Positions 10,361 to 19,753 of a DNA stretch of 64,000 nucleotides are shown one piece after another. How positions within the stretch are numbered: the first letter of the stretch is position 1; every line of letters begins with the position of its first letter. This DNA comes from an uncultured Gammaproteobacteria bacterium (GTDB taxonomy: Bacteria; Patescibacteriota; Patescibacteriia; SG8-24; DYFX01), in NCBI GenBank assembly GCA_964400625.1, contig CAYNUS010000004.1, positions 26,164 through 90,163 on the forward strand, given 5' to 3'. A model generated the notes under the pieces. The model made no database searches and was not told where the DNA came from. It saw only the letters and a program-made list of their open reading frames with translations. Both the position numbers and the translations under genes were made by a program.

Positions 10361-12183
10361 TTCTTGGCTTTCAAGGCTTTCTTGTAGGCCTCATGCAGTT
10401 TCTTGGGATCGTCCGCTTCCATGTCGCTGGGCATCTCGAACCCGGCGGTCTCGAGCGCCTGGAGGAACGAGGCGGGCGTGGCGAACTTCCCGTCGCCGGC
10501 CTTGCCCTTGGTGCGGAGCGTCTCGACGATGGCGGGCAGGGATGCCGGCGCGAGCGGTTCCTTCTTGGCTTTCGCGATCTTCTCCGGCGTGAGCTCTTCG
10601 GCCGGCGCGGCTTCCGGCTTCGCGGCGGGCGTCATGCGGAGGTCGTCGCCCGGTTCGACGGAAATCGCTTCGGGCGCGGGAGGCGCCGCCTCGACGGCCG
10701 GCGCTTCGGAGATGATCTGCGCGTCCTCGACCTCGATCTCGCCGGCGGCGGTCGGGGCGTCTTCGGAGGTCTTCGTCTTCTGGAGGACGGTCTCGTTCTC
10801 GATCTCTCCGGAGGCGACGGGCGTCTCGGAGGAGCGGACGATCTTCATCGGCTGGACCTCTGGCGCGAGCACGACGCTCGGTTCCGCTTCGGCCGCGGGG
10901 GCCGACGCTTCCTTCGCCTCGATCTCGCCGCTCGCCGGGAGCTGTCCGCGGAGCGCCTCCTGGGCGTCCTTGGCGAGTTCAGCCTTCTCGGCATCGGTGA
11001 AGACCGTTTCTTCCGCTGGCGCGGTTCGCATCTCGGGCGTGAGCTGGATCGGGTTCTCTTCGCCGCCCTCCTCCTTCGCGGCCGCGTCTTCGGCCGCCAT
11101 GGCCGCATCGACGCGCGCGCCCATCTCGGCGATGCGTTCCTTGCGCGCGTTGATTTCCTCGACCTTGCCGCCCGGATGCACGCGGAGCTTCATGCCGGAA
11201 GCGTACGAGCGGAGCTGTCCGCCGTCCTCGTACGTGAGGCGGATCTCCCCCTTCACGGGATCGAAGGATTTCCCGACGATTTCGCCGTAGCTGTCGGCGT
11301 CCAGGTCGCGCACCTTGAGGTAGTCATCGATCATGCGCTCGCCGGGGAGGCCCTCGGCGCCCTTCACGACGGTGCCGTCCTTGAGCTTGCCGCCCTTGAG
11401 GAGGAACTCGCGATCGGCGGCCAGACGTGCTTCCGGCGACGGCTTCGCTTCGGGCGCTTCCGCTTTCGGGGCGGGCGCCTCCTGCGGAGCCTCGGCCGTC
11501 GGGGCGGGCGCCTCGGCCGCGGCCTGTTCCTGGGCCGCCGCGTTCGCGGCCGCGAGCGCTTCCGTCGAACCGAACTTCCCGCCCGCGAGCTTCTCGCGGA
11601 CGTCGGCCAAGCGCTTGTTGATGTAGTTGAGCTTGGCGCCGGTCTCGGTGACCTGCGGCATTTCCCCCGTCTTGAGAGCCTTCTTCATCGCAGCGGATTC
11701 TTCGGCGCCTTCCGCGGCGACCTTGGGGGCCAGCTGGTCGTAGGCGGCCGAGAGGCTTCCTTCCAGGGCGCGGAGCTCCGCTTCGCCGCCGTGCGCCATG
11801 ATGCGCGCCATCTCTTTCCTGAAATTCGCGAAGACCGCGTCGGCCTTCTCGATCTCCGCCAGGATTTCGGCCTCGCCTTTGACGGGGCCGCCGTCCTTCT
11901 TCTTGAACAGCCGCTCCTTCATGCGGCTCCAGACGGATTTCGTCTCTTCCTTGAATTCCTTGGCGCCTGCTTCGGCCTGCAGGTCCAGGTTCTTGCCGAG
12001 CTCGTTCACGCGGGCCATGCCCTCCTCCGCCAGACGCTCCTCCTTCTCGCCGATGGATTCCTGTTTGCGGCTCTCGGCATCCATCTTCTCGCCCTCCTTC
12101 AAGAATGCCTCTTCGTGAGGGGCGATCGTTTCGGCCTGCTTGCGGGCTTCGGGGGTCGCGGGCTGGAGCGCGGGATCCGCCAT
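10357..12183 (-). CDS. Large acidic Ala/Glu/Pro-rich hypothetical protein
   Basis: 608-aa ORF with typical codon usage; stop overlaps cvpA start. Confidence 0.75.
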   Translation of the reverse strand: MADPALQPATPEARKQAETIAPHEEAFLKEGEKMDAESRKQESIGEKEERLAEEGMARVNELGKNLDLQAEAGAKEFKEETKSVWSRMKERLFKKKDGGPVKGEAEILAEIEKADAVFANFRKEMARIMAHGGEAELRALEGSLSAAYDQLAPKVAAEGAEESAAMKKALKTGEMPQVTETGAKLNYINKRLADVREKLAGGKFGSTEALAAANAAAQEQAAAEAPAPTAEAPQEAPAPKAEAPEAKPSPEARLAADREFLLKGGKLKDGTVVKGAEGLPGERMIDDYLKVRDLDADSYGEIVGKSFDPVKGEIRLTYEDGGQLRSYASGMKLRVHPGGKVEEINARKERIAEMGARVDAAMAAEDAAAKEEGGEENPIQLTPEMRTAPAEETVFTDAEKAELAKDAQEALRGQLPASGEIEAKEASAPAAEAEPSVVLAPEVQPMKIVRSSETPVASGEIENETVLQKTKTSEDAPTAAGEIEVEDAQIISEAPAVEAAPPAPEAISVEPGDDLRMTPAAKPEAAPAEELTPEKIAKAKKEPLAPASLPAIVETLRTKGKAGDGKFATPASFLQALETAGFEMPSDMEADDPKKLHEAYKKALKAKK

Positions 12184-12187
12184 ACGT

Positions 12188-12355
12188 TTACGAGTTCTTG
12201 AGTTCGTTCAGGATCTTCTCGATCTCCTCGCGTTCGAGGTCGCCGAGCACTTTCTTCATCACGTCGAGGCGCTCGTGTTCCAGCCCCTTGATCTGCTCCA
12301 TGAACTGGTCGTAGGCGGCCTGGAGTTTCTTGGCCTTTTCTTCGGTGGTTTCCAT
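12188..12355 (-). CDS. Small coiled-coil hypothetical protein (METTEEKAKK...)
   Basis: 55 aa; TATACT 8 nt upstream of ATG. Confidence 0.65.
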   Translation of the reverse strand: METTEEKAKKLQAAYDQFMEQIKGLEHERLDVMKKVLGDLEREEIEKILNELKNS

Positions 12356-12381
12356 ATAGGTGGAGTATACCAAAAGACGGC

Positions 12382-13884
12382 TTACGCCGTCTTTCGTTCG
12401 AGCCGCGGGAAGAGGATATCGCCTTTCTTGACCGGAAGGCCCGGTTCGAGGCCGCCCCAAGCCTGGGCTTCGGGGAGCTTGGCCGCGGCGGGGTCGACGC
12501 CGATCTGGGCGAGGACCTTGGCGGCGGCCGACGGGATGACGGGCAGGAGCGCGAGCCCGATCTGCCGCTGGGCTTCGGCGAGCTGATACATGAAAGGAGA
12601 GACGTCCACGCCTTCCTTGGCCTTCTTGAATGGCGCCTCGACGTCGATGGCCTGGTTCACGGTCGTGACGTAGTGCTCGAGCGCGCGGATGGCCTCGTCG
12701 AAGTGGAAGGCGTCGAGCGCCTTCTCGTACTTCTCCCAGAAGGCGGCGGTCTCGAAGCGGTCGTCGGCCTTCGTCGGCACCTTCGCTTCGCAATACTTCT
12801 CGACCATCGTGGCGGTGCGCGCCGCGAGGTTGCCGATGCCGTTCACGAGCTTCGAGGTGTAGATGTCCTCGAACTGCTTGGCGGTGTAGTCGCCGTCCTC
12901 GTAGGCCGGAAGGCTGGCGAGGTAGTAGCGGACGGTGTCGGTGCCGTACTGCGCGACGAGGTCCATCGGGTTCACGACGTTGCCGAGCGACTTTGACATC
13001 TTCTGGCCGTCGGCGGTGATGAAACCGTGGATGAAGATGCGCTCCGAGAGCGGGACGCCGGCGGAGAGGAGCATCCCCTGCCACATCGCGGACTGCTGGC
13101 GCAGGTTGTCCTTGCCGGCGACCTGCGTGCCGGGCCAGAACTTGGCGTAGGCCTCGTCCGGCCAGCCGATCGTGGAGATATAGTTCACGAGCGCGTCGAA
13201 CCAGACGTACATCACGTGCGCCTCGTCGCCCGGGACAGGCACGCCCCACGACATCTTTTCCTTGAGGCGCGAGATGCTGAAGTCCTGGAGTCCGCCCGCC
13301 ACGAAGCTGCGGATCTCGTTCAGGCGGTGTTCGGGGACGACAAAGCCGGGATTGGCTTCGTAGTGCTTGAGGAGCGCGTCCTGGTACTTCGACCAGCGGA
13401 AGAAGTAGTTCTCCTCGTCGCGGTTCTCGATCTCGAGCTTCGGGTGGATGGGGCATCTGCCGTCGACCAGTTCCGAATCGGTCTTCTCGAGCTCGCAGCC
13501 GACGCAGTACTTCACCTGGTACTGCTTCTTGTAAATGTCGCCGACGGCGTCGCAGCGCTTCCAGAATTCCTGCGCGGCGGCCACGTGGTGCGCGTCGGTC
13601 GTGCGGATGAAGTGGGTGTAGGTGAGGTCGAGCGTGTCCTTGAGCGCGTGGAACTTGGCGGCGTATTGGTCGCAGTACGCCTGCGGGTCGAGGCCGGCCT
13701 TCGCGGCGGCGTCCTGGATCTTCTGCCCGTGCTCGTCGGTGCCGGTGTTGAAGACGACCTCCTCCCCCTTCAAACGATGCCAGCGCGCGACGATGTCGGC
13801 CTGGACGATCTCCAAGGCGAAGCCGATATGCGGATCGGCGTTCACGTACGGGAGCGTGGTGGTGATGTAGAAGTTTTTTTGCAT
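12382..13884 (-). CDS. metG: Methionine--tRNA ligase
   Basis: YVNADPHIG, GTDEHG, YVWFDAL, KMSKS. Confidence 0.98.
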   Translation of the reverse strand: MQKNFYITTTLPYVNADPHIGFALEIVQADIVARWHRLKGEEVVFNTGTDEHGQKIQDAAAKAGLDPQAYCDQYAAKFHALKDTLDLTYTHFIRTTDAHHVAAAQEFWKRCDAVGDIYKKQYQVKYCVGCELEKTDSELVDGRCPIHPKLEIENRDEENYFFRWSKYQDALLKHYEANPGFVVPEHRLNEIRSFVAGGLQDFSISRLKEKMSWGVPVPGDEAHVMYVWFDALVNYISTIGWPDEAYAKFWPGTQVAGKDNLRQQSAMWQGMLLSAGVPLSERIFIHGFITADGQKMSKSLGNVVNPMDLVAQYGTDTVRYYLASLPAYEDGDYTAKQFEDIYTSKLVNGIGNLAARTATMVEKYCEAKVPTKADDRFETAAFWEKYEKALDAFHFDEAIRALEHYVTTVNQAIDVEAPFKKAKEGVDVSPFMYQLAEAQRQIGLALLPVIPSAAAKVLAQIGVDPAAAKLPEAQAWGGLEPGLPVKKGDILFPRLERKTA

Positions 13885-13903
13885 ATCATTTTCTGAGTTT
13901 CTT

Positions 13904-13988
13904 CGTCATTCCGAGCGCAGCCGAGGAACCCCTTGCGATTCATGGAGGAAAGGGGTTCCTCCGCTCGCTGCGCTCGGTCGGAATGACG
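13904..13988. repeat. REP-like palindromic element (GTCAT...ATGAC family), copy 1
   Basis: CGTCATTCCGA...TCGGAATGACG termini with internal hairpins. Confidence 0.8.
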
Positions 13989-13996
13989 GCACGTGG

Positions 13997-14674
13997 TCAT
14001 TTCCCTTCGACGGCGATGACGTATTCGCCTTTGATGGGTTCGGATCGGAGGAGTTCGGAAGCGTCCTTCATCTCGCCGTAGCGGACGGATTCGAACATCT
14101 TGGTGAGTTCGCGGCCGATGACGATCTTGCGGTGCGGGTCGCAGAGCGCGGAGAGTTCCGCCATCGCCTTCTCGACGCGATGCGGGCTCTCGAAGAAGAC
14201 GCTCGTGCGCTTCTCGTCGGCGATGATCTTCCAGTAGGTGTTCCTCCCCTTCTTGTGCGGCGGGAAGCCGTGGAAGACGTAGGCGTCGGCCGGGAAGCCG
14301 GAGACGGAAAGGAGCGTCGTGACGGCGGAGGGCCCGGGAATCGGCACGACCTTCACCTGGCCCTGCGAGACGCGCACGAGCTCGGCGACGAAGCGCGCGC
14401 CCGGGTCCGAGACGCCCGGCGTGCCGGCGTCGGAGATGAGCGCCATCGTCTCGCCTTGGTCGATGCGCTTCACGAGCGCCTGCAGCTTCCCCATCGAGGT
14501 GTGCTCGTGATAGCTCGTCGTCGCGGCGGGAACCTCGAAGTGGTTCAGGAGCTTCCGCGAGACGCGCGTGTCTTCGCATAGCACCAAGGATGACTCCATC
14601 AGCGCGGCGACGGCGCGGGGGGAGAAATCGTCGAGATTGCCGATGGGCGTGGCGATGACATACAGACGACTCAT
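13997..14674 (-). CDS. rsmI: 16S rRNA C1402 2'-O-methyltransferase
   Basis: LYVIATPIGN, CEDTR, SDAGTPGVSDPG, FESPHR, GRELTK. Confidence 0.95.
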   Translation of the reverse strand: MSRLYVIATPIGNLDDFSPRAVAALMESSLVLCEDTRVSRKLLNHFEVPAATTSYHEHTSMGKLQALVKRIDQGETMALISDAGTPGVSDPGARFVAELVRVSQGQVKVVPIPGPSAVTTLLSVSGFPADAYVFHGFPPHKKGRNTYWKIIADEKRTSVFFESPHRVEKAMAELSALCDPHRKIVIGRELTKMFESVRYGEMKDASELLRSEPIKGEYVIAVEGK

Positions 14675-14767
14675 ACCTTTTGCTGATCGCGCGAGCATGA
14701 TGAATGATGGCGTCCTTTCTCGTGCGGTCACCCCGGAATCGCGCAGCGATGTCCGGGGTGCTCATAC
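14670..14767. mobile_element. Small MITE-like insertion flanked by a 7-bp direct repeat
   Basis: CTCATAC at 14670-14676 and 14761-14767; internal hairpin CACCCCGGA...TCCGGGGTG (14729-14760). Confidence 0.45.
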
Positions 14768-14806
14768 GCGTCCAGCCTATAGAAAAACCCCCGAACCGTC
14801 GAGGGT

Positions 14807-15799
14807 TCAGGGGTAGACCGGGCGGAGCGCGGCGTGGAGCGCGAGTTTCGCGGCGTCCGGGGCGAAGGACATGTCGATGGAAGCGGCGACGAGCTTCACG
14901 AGGTCGCCTTCCTCCAGCTTCCAGGCTTCCTGGGCGAGGCCGAGCTCGCGGGCCATCGTGGTGTCCGCCAGCGTGCGGTTGTCGGTGTTGAGCCCGACCC
15001 GCAGGCCTTCCTTCAGATAGACCCAGGCCGGGTGCAGGTCGATCAGGCTGACGGTGCGCGTCTGCAGGTTGGAGGTGAGGCACGCTTCGATGCCGACGCC
15101 GCGCTTCGCCAGGAGCTCCAGCATGCGCGGGTCGCGGATGGCGTTCACGGCGTGGCCGACGCGTTCGGCGCCGAAGAGCTCGACGGCCTCGCGGATGCGC
15201 TCCGGCGGCCCGCTTTCGGCGGCGTGGATCGTGACATGGAGCCCGGCCTCGGCGGCGCGGCGGAAGTGCGGCGCGTGGTCGAGCGAGGGCAGCATGTCGT
15301 TCCCGGCCAGGTCGACCGCCACGACGCCGTTGCGGCGGTAGCGGATGGCGACGTCGATCATGCGTCCGGTGACGCTCGGGTCGACGTGGCGGAGGCTGCA
15401 GACGATGAAGCCCCAGCCGACGCCGTGCCGCATGCCGCCGATCGTCATCCCCTCCAGGATCGCCTCGACGACCTCCTCGTCGGAGAGCCCGCCGAGCGTG
15501 CTGAGCCGCGGCATGTAGCGCGCCTCGACGTACTTCAGGCCGTCGGCGGCGCAGTCTTCGATCAGCTCGATGGCGACGCGCGTGAGCGCGGAGCGGGACT
15601 GCAGGACGGCCGTGGTGTGGTCGAAGTGTTCCAGATACTGCGGCAGGCTCGCGCGGACCTCGCCGCAGGCGAGCGCCTTGCGGAGGCCGGATTCGGTCCT
15701 GGCGGGCAGGACGGTGTTCTCGGCCTCGGCGATCTCGAGCATGGTCGCGATCCGCAGCGAGCCGTCCAGATGGAGATGGAGTTCGACGAGCGGTTCCAA
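14807..15799 (-). CDS. Adenosine deaminase family protein
   Basis: ELHLHLDGS, DLAGND, TIHAAE, RVGHA, NTDN; TTG start with GGGAGG SD. Confidence 0.9.
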   Translation of the reverse strand: MEPLVELHLHLDGSLRIATMLEIAEAENTVLPARTESGLRKALACGEVRASLPQYLEHFDHTTAVLQSRSALTRVAIELIEDCAADGLKYVEARYMPRLSTLGGLSDEEVVEAILEGMTIGGMRHGVGWGFIVCSLRHVDPSVTGRMIDVAIRYRRNGVVAVDLAGNDMLPSLDHAPHFRRAAEAGLHVTIHAAESGPPERIREAVELFGAERVGHAVNAIRDPRMLELLAKRGVGIEACLTSNLQTRTVSLIDLHPAWVYLKEGLRVGLNTDNRTLADTTMARELGLAQEAWKLEEGDLVKLVAASIDMSFAPDAAKLALHAALRPVYP

Positions 15800-15832
15800 A
15801 GAAGCCTCCCTTGCAATGTGCTGCAGAGGAGG

Positions 15833-16993
15833 CTACCAGTTCACGGCGTCGATGTCGATGCGTTCCTCATCCTTCATCACGGCCTCGATCCATTTCTGCA
15901 CGTCCAGCTTCTTCTCGTCCTCGGCGACGACGTCTTCGAACGCCTTGGTCGAAGGATGCTCCGGCATGAAGAGCGAACAGCAGTCGGAATGCGGCCGCGT
16001 GGAGATCTCGAAAGTGCCGATCTTGCGCGCGCGTTCGGTGATCTCGTCCTTGTCCATGCCGATGAGCGGTCGGAAGACGGGAAGCTTCGTGACCGCCTCG
16101 ACCGTGCGCATGTTCTGCACCGTCTGCGAGGCGACCTGCCCGAGCGATTCGCCCGTCACGAGCCCGCCGGCCTTCTCGCGGTGCGCGATGAGCTCCGCGA
16201 GGCGGAACATGAAGCGCCGGTAGTGGATGACGCGGAACTGCGGGTTGCAGACGGCGGCGATCTCCTCCTGCACGGGCGTGAGATTGATCATCGAGAGCGT
16301 CGCCTTGATGCCCGTGCGGTTCAGGACCGCGATCATGTCCTTCACGATCTCGATCGAGGCGCGGTCGGTGTACGGGAAGTTGTGGAAGTGGACGTAGTGC
16401 AGCGGCGCGCCGCGGCGGAGCATCATCCAGGACGCCACCGGCGAATCGATGCCGCCCGAAAGCAGCGAGACGAGCTTGCCGCCGCTTCCGAGCGGAAGCC
16501 CGCCGATGCCGCGGAGCTTCTCGTGCGCCACGTACGCGCCGTCGTCGGTGACCTCGATCCAGCAGGTGTGGTCGGCGTCCTTCATCTTCACCGTCAGCTC
16601 GGGGTTCGCTTTCAGGATGGCTTCGCCGACGAGCCCGGCGAGTTCCTGCGAGGTCATCGGGAAGCGCTTGTCGGGGCGCCGCGCCGTCACGCGGAAGGTC
16701 CCCTTCTGCGTCGTGAAGCGCGAGACGGCCTCCTTGATGATGGCGTCGACGTCCGGCACGACGCGGGCGCAGGGCAGGACATTGGCCACGCCGGCGACGT
16801 TCAGGAGGCGGCGCGTGACTTCCGGCGCCGAGGCGTCGTCGGCTTCGAGGCGGATGAGGCCCGTGCGGCGGCGGAGGCCCTTCACGCCCAGGCCCTTCAG
16901 CTGTTCGCGGATGTTCGAAACCAGCCGCGCCTCGAAGAGCGTGCGGTTCCTTCCCTTGATGCCGAGTTCCGCGTAGTGGACGACGAAGATCAT
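15833..16993 (-). CDS. thiI: tRNA 4-thiouridine synthase (THUMP + PP-loop, no rhodanese domain)
   Basis: HYAELGIKGRNR, GGLPLG, LLSGGIDSPVA, GESLGQVASQT, DCC. Confidence 0.95.
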   Translation of the reverse strand: MIFVVHYAELGIKGRNRTLFEARLVSNIREQLKGLGVKGLRRRTGLIRLEADDASAPEVTRRLLNVAGVANVLPCARVVPDVDAIIKEAVSRFTTQKGTFRVTARRPDKRFPMTSQELAGLVGEAILKANPELTVKMKDADHTCWIEVTDDGAYVAHEKLRGIGGLPLGSGGKLVSLLSGGIDSPVASWMMLRRGAPLHYVHFHNFPYTDRASIEIVKDMIAVLNRTGIKATLSMINLTPVQEEIAAVCNPQFRVIHYRRFMFRLAELIAHREKAGGLVTGESLGQVASQTVQNMRTVEAVTKLPVFRPLIGMDKDEITERARKIGTFEISTRPHSDCCSLFMPEHPSTKAFEDVVAEDEKKLDVQKWIEAVMKDEERIDIDAVNW

Positions 16994-17005
16994 TTGTCTT
17001 TCTTT

Positions 17006-17097
17006 TGTCATCCCGAGCCTGCGCATTTCGCGCGGGCGTCAGGGATCTCTTTAAAAAGCGATTCCTATCGCCCCGCACCGCGGGGCTCGGAATGACA
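17006..17097. repeat. REP-like palindromic element, copy 2
   Basis: TGTCATCCCGAG...CTCGGAATGACA; shares core AGGGATC-CTTT-AAAAGCGATTCCTA with the 24189 copy. Confidence 0.8.
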
Positions 17098-17098
17098 T

Positions 17099-18280
17099 TT
17101 AAGGCTTGCGGTGCTTCTTCAAGTACGCCTCCGCTTCGGAGGGACTGCCGACCTTACCCTTCGCTTGCGCATCAATCAAGAGGTCCAAGGCCTCGCCCAC
17201 GTCGGGGCCGGGTTTCAGCTTCAAAAGTTTCATGACCGTTTCGCCCGAAAGCAGGGGCTCCGCGCCCAGTTCCTTATAGAGGGCGACGTCCGCGCCCGAG
17301 GCCAGACGTCGGAGCAAGGTGGCGTCGACCCCGTGGCCGGAGGAGGCCAGGCGCAGGCGTTCGGCCAGGGCCACGGCGCCGTCGCGGCCGAGATGCGCGA
17401 AACACACGCCGACCTGGACGCGCGAGGGCACGGGCTTCCCGTCCAAGACGCGCAGGACGTCCGGGTCCTTCAATCGCGAGAGCGCTTTCCTGACCATGAG
17501 CGGCCAGCCGCCGCCGAGCGCGGGCGCAAGGGCTTCGACGGCGCCCGCGTCGGTCCAAAGTTCGGAGGCGCGGATCGGCGCGGCCTCGAGGCTCTTCACC
17601 AGCTCGCGCGAGACGAGTTCGTACGGCACGAGCCGTCCGTCGTGGCGCGTCTCGTTCACGTGCGCCATCGACGCGCGCAGGGCGTCCCACGTCGCCGCCT
17701 CGATGCCGAAGTCGAGCTGGACGGCGAACCGCAGCGCGCGGAGCATGCGCGTGTAGTCCTCCCGGAAGCGCGTCGCCGGATCGCCGACGGCGCGGATGAT
17801 CTTCTTCCCGAGGTCGTCCTGTCCGCCGAACGCGTCGATGAGCGCGCCTGTCGACGCCTCGCCCGCGGCACGTCGTTCGCGAACGACGTGCCAGGCCATC
17901 GCGTTGATCGTGAAGTCGCGGCGCGCTAGGTCTTCCTCGATGGGCATGTGCGGGTCGGCGCGCGTCGTCACGTCGCGGTAGCCGCCGGTGCCCGCGGGCT
18001 CCTCGCGGCGCGGGAGCGCGATGTCGAGACGGAGGCCGCCTTCGTCCGAGACGAACTTGAAGACGCCGAAGCTGCGGCCGACGAGATCGACGGAACCGCG
18101 CGCCTCGAGGAACTTCGCGAGCGCCACCGGTTCGACGCCGGCGACGAGGATATCGATGTCGCCCAGCGCGCGCCCGAGCAGCGCGTCGCGCACCGCGCCG
18201 CCGACCACGTACCAGCGCGAACCCGGAAGCTCTTCGCTCCAGCGCTTCAGGACGTCCGCGATCGGGTGGCCTTCGAACAT
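17099..18280 (-). CDS. CCA tRNA nucleotidyltransferase family protein
   Basis: VGGAVRD, DIDI, DLARRDFTINAMA, FREDYTRMLRALRF. Confidence 0.9.
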   Translation of the reverse strand: MFEGHPIADVLKRWSEELPGSRWYVVGGAVRDALLGRALGDIDILVAGVEPVALAKFLEARGSVDLVGRSFGVFKFVSDEGGLRLDIALPRREEPAGTGGYRDVTTRADPHMPIEEDLARRDFTINAMAWHVVRERRAAGEASTGALIDAFGGQDDLGKKIIRAVGDPATRFREDYTRMLRALRFAVQLDFGIEAATWDALRASMAHVNETRHDGRLVPYELVSRELVKSLEAAPIRASELWTDAGAVEALAPALGGGWPLMVRKALSRLKDPDVLRVLDGKPVPSRVQVGVCFAHLGRDGAVALAERLRLASSGHGVDATLLRRLASGADVALYKELGAEPLLSGETVMKLLKLKPGPDVGEALDLLIDAQAKGKVGSPSEAEAYLKKHRKP

Positions 18281-18312
18281 ATGCGGTCATGCTAACTGCC
18301 CCACCCGCTTTT

Positions 18313-18398
18313 GTCATCCTGAGCGGAGCGCAGCGGAGTCGAAGGATCCATCGGCTCGATATCCGGAGAATGGATCCCTCGGCTTCGCTCGGGATGAC
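18313..18398. repeat. REP-like palindromic element, copy 3
   Basis: GTCATCCTGAGCG...CGCTCGGGATGAC. Confidence 0.8.
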
Positions 18399-18466
18399 GA
18401 AAACAGGAAAAGAAAAAACTCCGCCATGCTTTTTACGGAGCCCTTTCCTCCTTCGGTTTTCCGTCC

Positions 18467-18679
18467 CTACATCGCGGTCGCGTCGGCGACGGCGAGTTCG
18501 GTCGCGCCGCAGAGTCCGCATTCGATGCCGAGGTCTTCCTTGCGGATCTCGCCGCACGATTCGCAGAACAGCGCACCGTCCATCTCGTCGATCGAGGCGG
18601 AGCTGCAGCGCTCGCAGCGGTATGCGATATCCTTGCCGTTCAGTTCGCCGCAGTACGCGCAGGCGTACGACATTCCCAT
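18467..18679 (-). CDS. Small protein with four CxxC pairs (double zinc ribbon-like)
   Basis: CAYC, CERC, CESC, CGLC in 70 aa. Confidence 0.65.
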   Translation of the reverse strand: MGMSYACAYCGELNGKDIAYRCERCSSASIDEMDGALFCESCGEIRKEDLGIECGLCGATELAVADATAM

Positions 18680-18776
18680 ACGAAAGATCACTCAAAGATT
18701 TTTAACCGTTGGGAGCATAGCATCAGCGTCCCCGCGGAACAAGCAAAAAAGATATCCACATTCGCACCCTTGCGCC

Positions 18777-18817
18777 GTTCGCCTTTTGTTCATCTATACT
18801 ATGAACGAAAGGCGAAC
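18777..18817. promoter_or_regulatory. Putative LexA operators (GTTC-N7-GTTC and GAAC-N7-GAAC) flanking the lexA -10 box
   Basis: GTTCgccttttGTTCat-c-TATACT-atGAACgaaaggcGAAC directly upstream of lexA. Confidence 0.75.
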
Positions 18818-18837
18818 ACTTATTAACACCCCATTCT

Positions 18838-19440
18838 ATGTTCGAGCTCACGTCCAAACAGAAGGAGTTGCTGGATGCCATCCAGGAACACGTCGGCGAC
18901 CGCGGCGTCATGCCCAGTTACCGCGAACTGGCCGTCGCCATGGGCGCGTCCAGCCCGGCCACGATCCATAAGCACGTGACCCTGCTCGAAAAGAAAGGGT
19001 ACGTCATGCGCCACGACGGCGGACGCTCGCTCTCCCTCACCCCGAAGGCCACCACGCGCCGCCCGGCCATCGGTCTCCCGCTCCGCGGCCTCATCACCGC
19101 CGGCCTCCCCATCGAGGCCATCGAGACGAACGACACGATCGACGTCCCGGCCGACATGGTCGTCGACGAGATCAACTCCTACGTCCTCAAGGTGAAGGGC
19201 GAATCGATGATCGACGACGGCATCTTGGACGGCGACTTCGTCATCGTCGAGCGCAACCCCTCGCCGAAGAACGGCGACATCGTCGTCGCGCTCCTCGAGA
19301 ACACCTACGCCACGCTCAAGCGCTTCTACCGCGAATCCACCCGCATCCGCCTCCAGCCCGCCAACTCCACGATGCAGCCGTTCTACGTGCAGGATCCGCT
19401 GATCCAGGGCGTCGTGCGGGCGGTGCTGAGGAAGTACTGA
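18838..19440 (+). CDS. lexA: SOS repressor LexA
   Basis: LTSKQ, PSYRELA HTH, AG cleavage site (ITAGLP), GESM catalytic Ser, ATLKR catalytic Lys. Confidence 0.96.
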   Translation: MFELTSKQKELLDAIQEHVGDRGVMPSYRELAVAMGASSPATIHKHVTLLEKKGYVMRHDGGRSLSLTPKATTRRPAIGLPLRGLITAGLPIEAIETNDTIDVPADMVVDEINSYVLKVKGESMIDDGILDGDFVIVERNPSPKNGDIVVALLENTYATLKRFYRESTRIRLQPANSTMQPFYVQDPLIQGVVRAVLRKY

Positions 19441-19456
19441 GGCGACAGCGCTTTTA

Positions 19457-19556
19457 CATGTCATTCCTGCGCAGGCAGGAATCCAGTACCGAAACACAGA
19501 CATCAAATGTTTAGCTGCTCGTGGAACTGGGTTCCAGCTTTCGCTGGAATGACATG
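19457..19556. repeat. REP-like palindromic element, copy 4
   Basis: CATGTCATTCCTGCGCAGGCAGGAATCCAG...CTGGAATGACATG. Confidence 0.8.
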
Positions 19557-19580
19557 ACAAGAAACCATAACCCATCTTTT

Positions 19581-19688
19581 ATGAGCAGGAGGAAGTTCAA
19601 ATCGATGTATCGCCAGCTGGTCGGGCACGTCGTGGATTGGTTCGAAATCGCGGAATATGAGGAGAAAGTGGATTCCCTCGCGTCGTAG
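19581..19688 (+). CDS. Possible 35-aa small protein (MSRRKFKSMYRQLVGHVVDWFEIAEYEEKVDSLAS)
   Basis: ATG..TAG open frame filling the gap between repeat and sod promoter; below the ORF-track cutoff. Confidence 0.3.
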   Translation: MSRRKFKSMYRQLVGHVVDWFEIAEYEEKVDSLAS

Positions 19689-19753
19689 ACGTTCTTGGGA
19701 GGGGTTTGCTATGCTTGAACCCGTCCCTAACGCACACGTACGCACCGTCTTTT

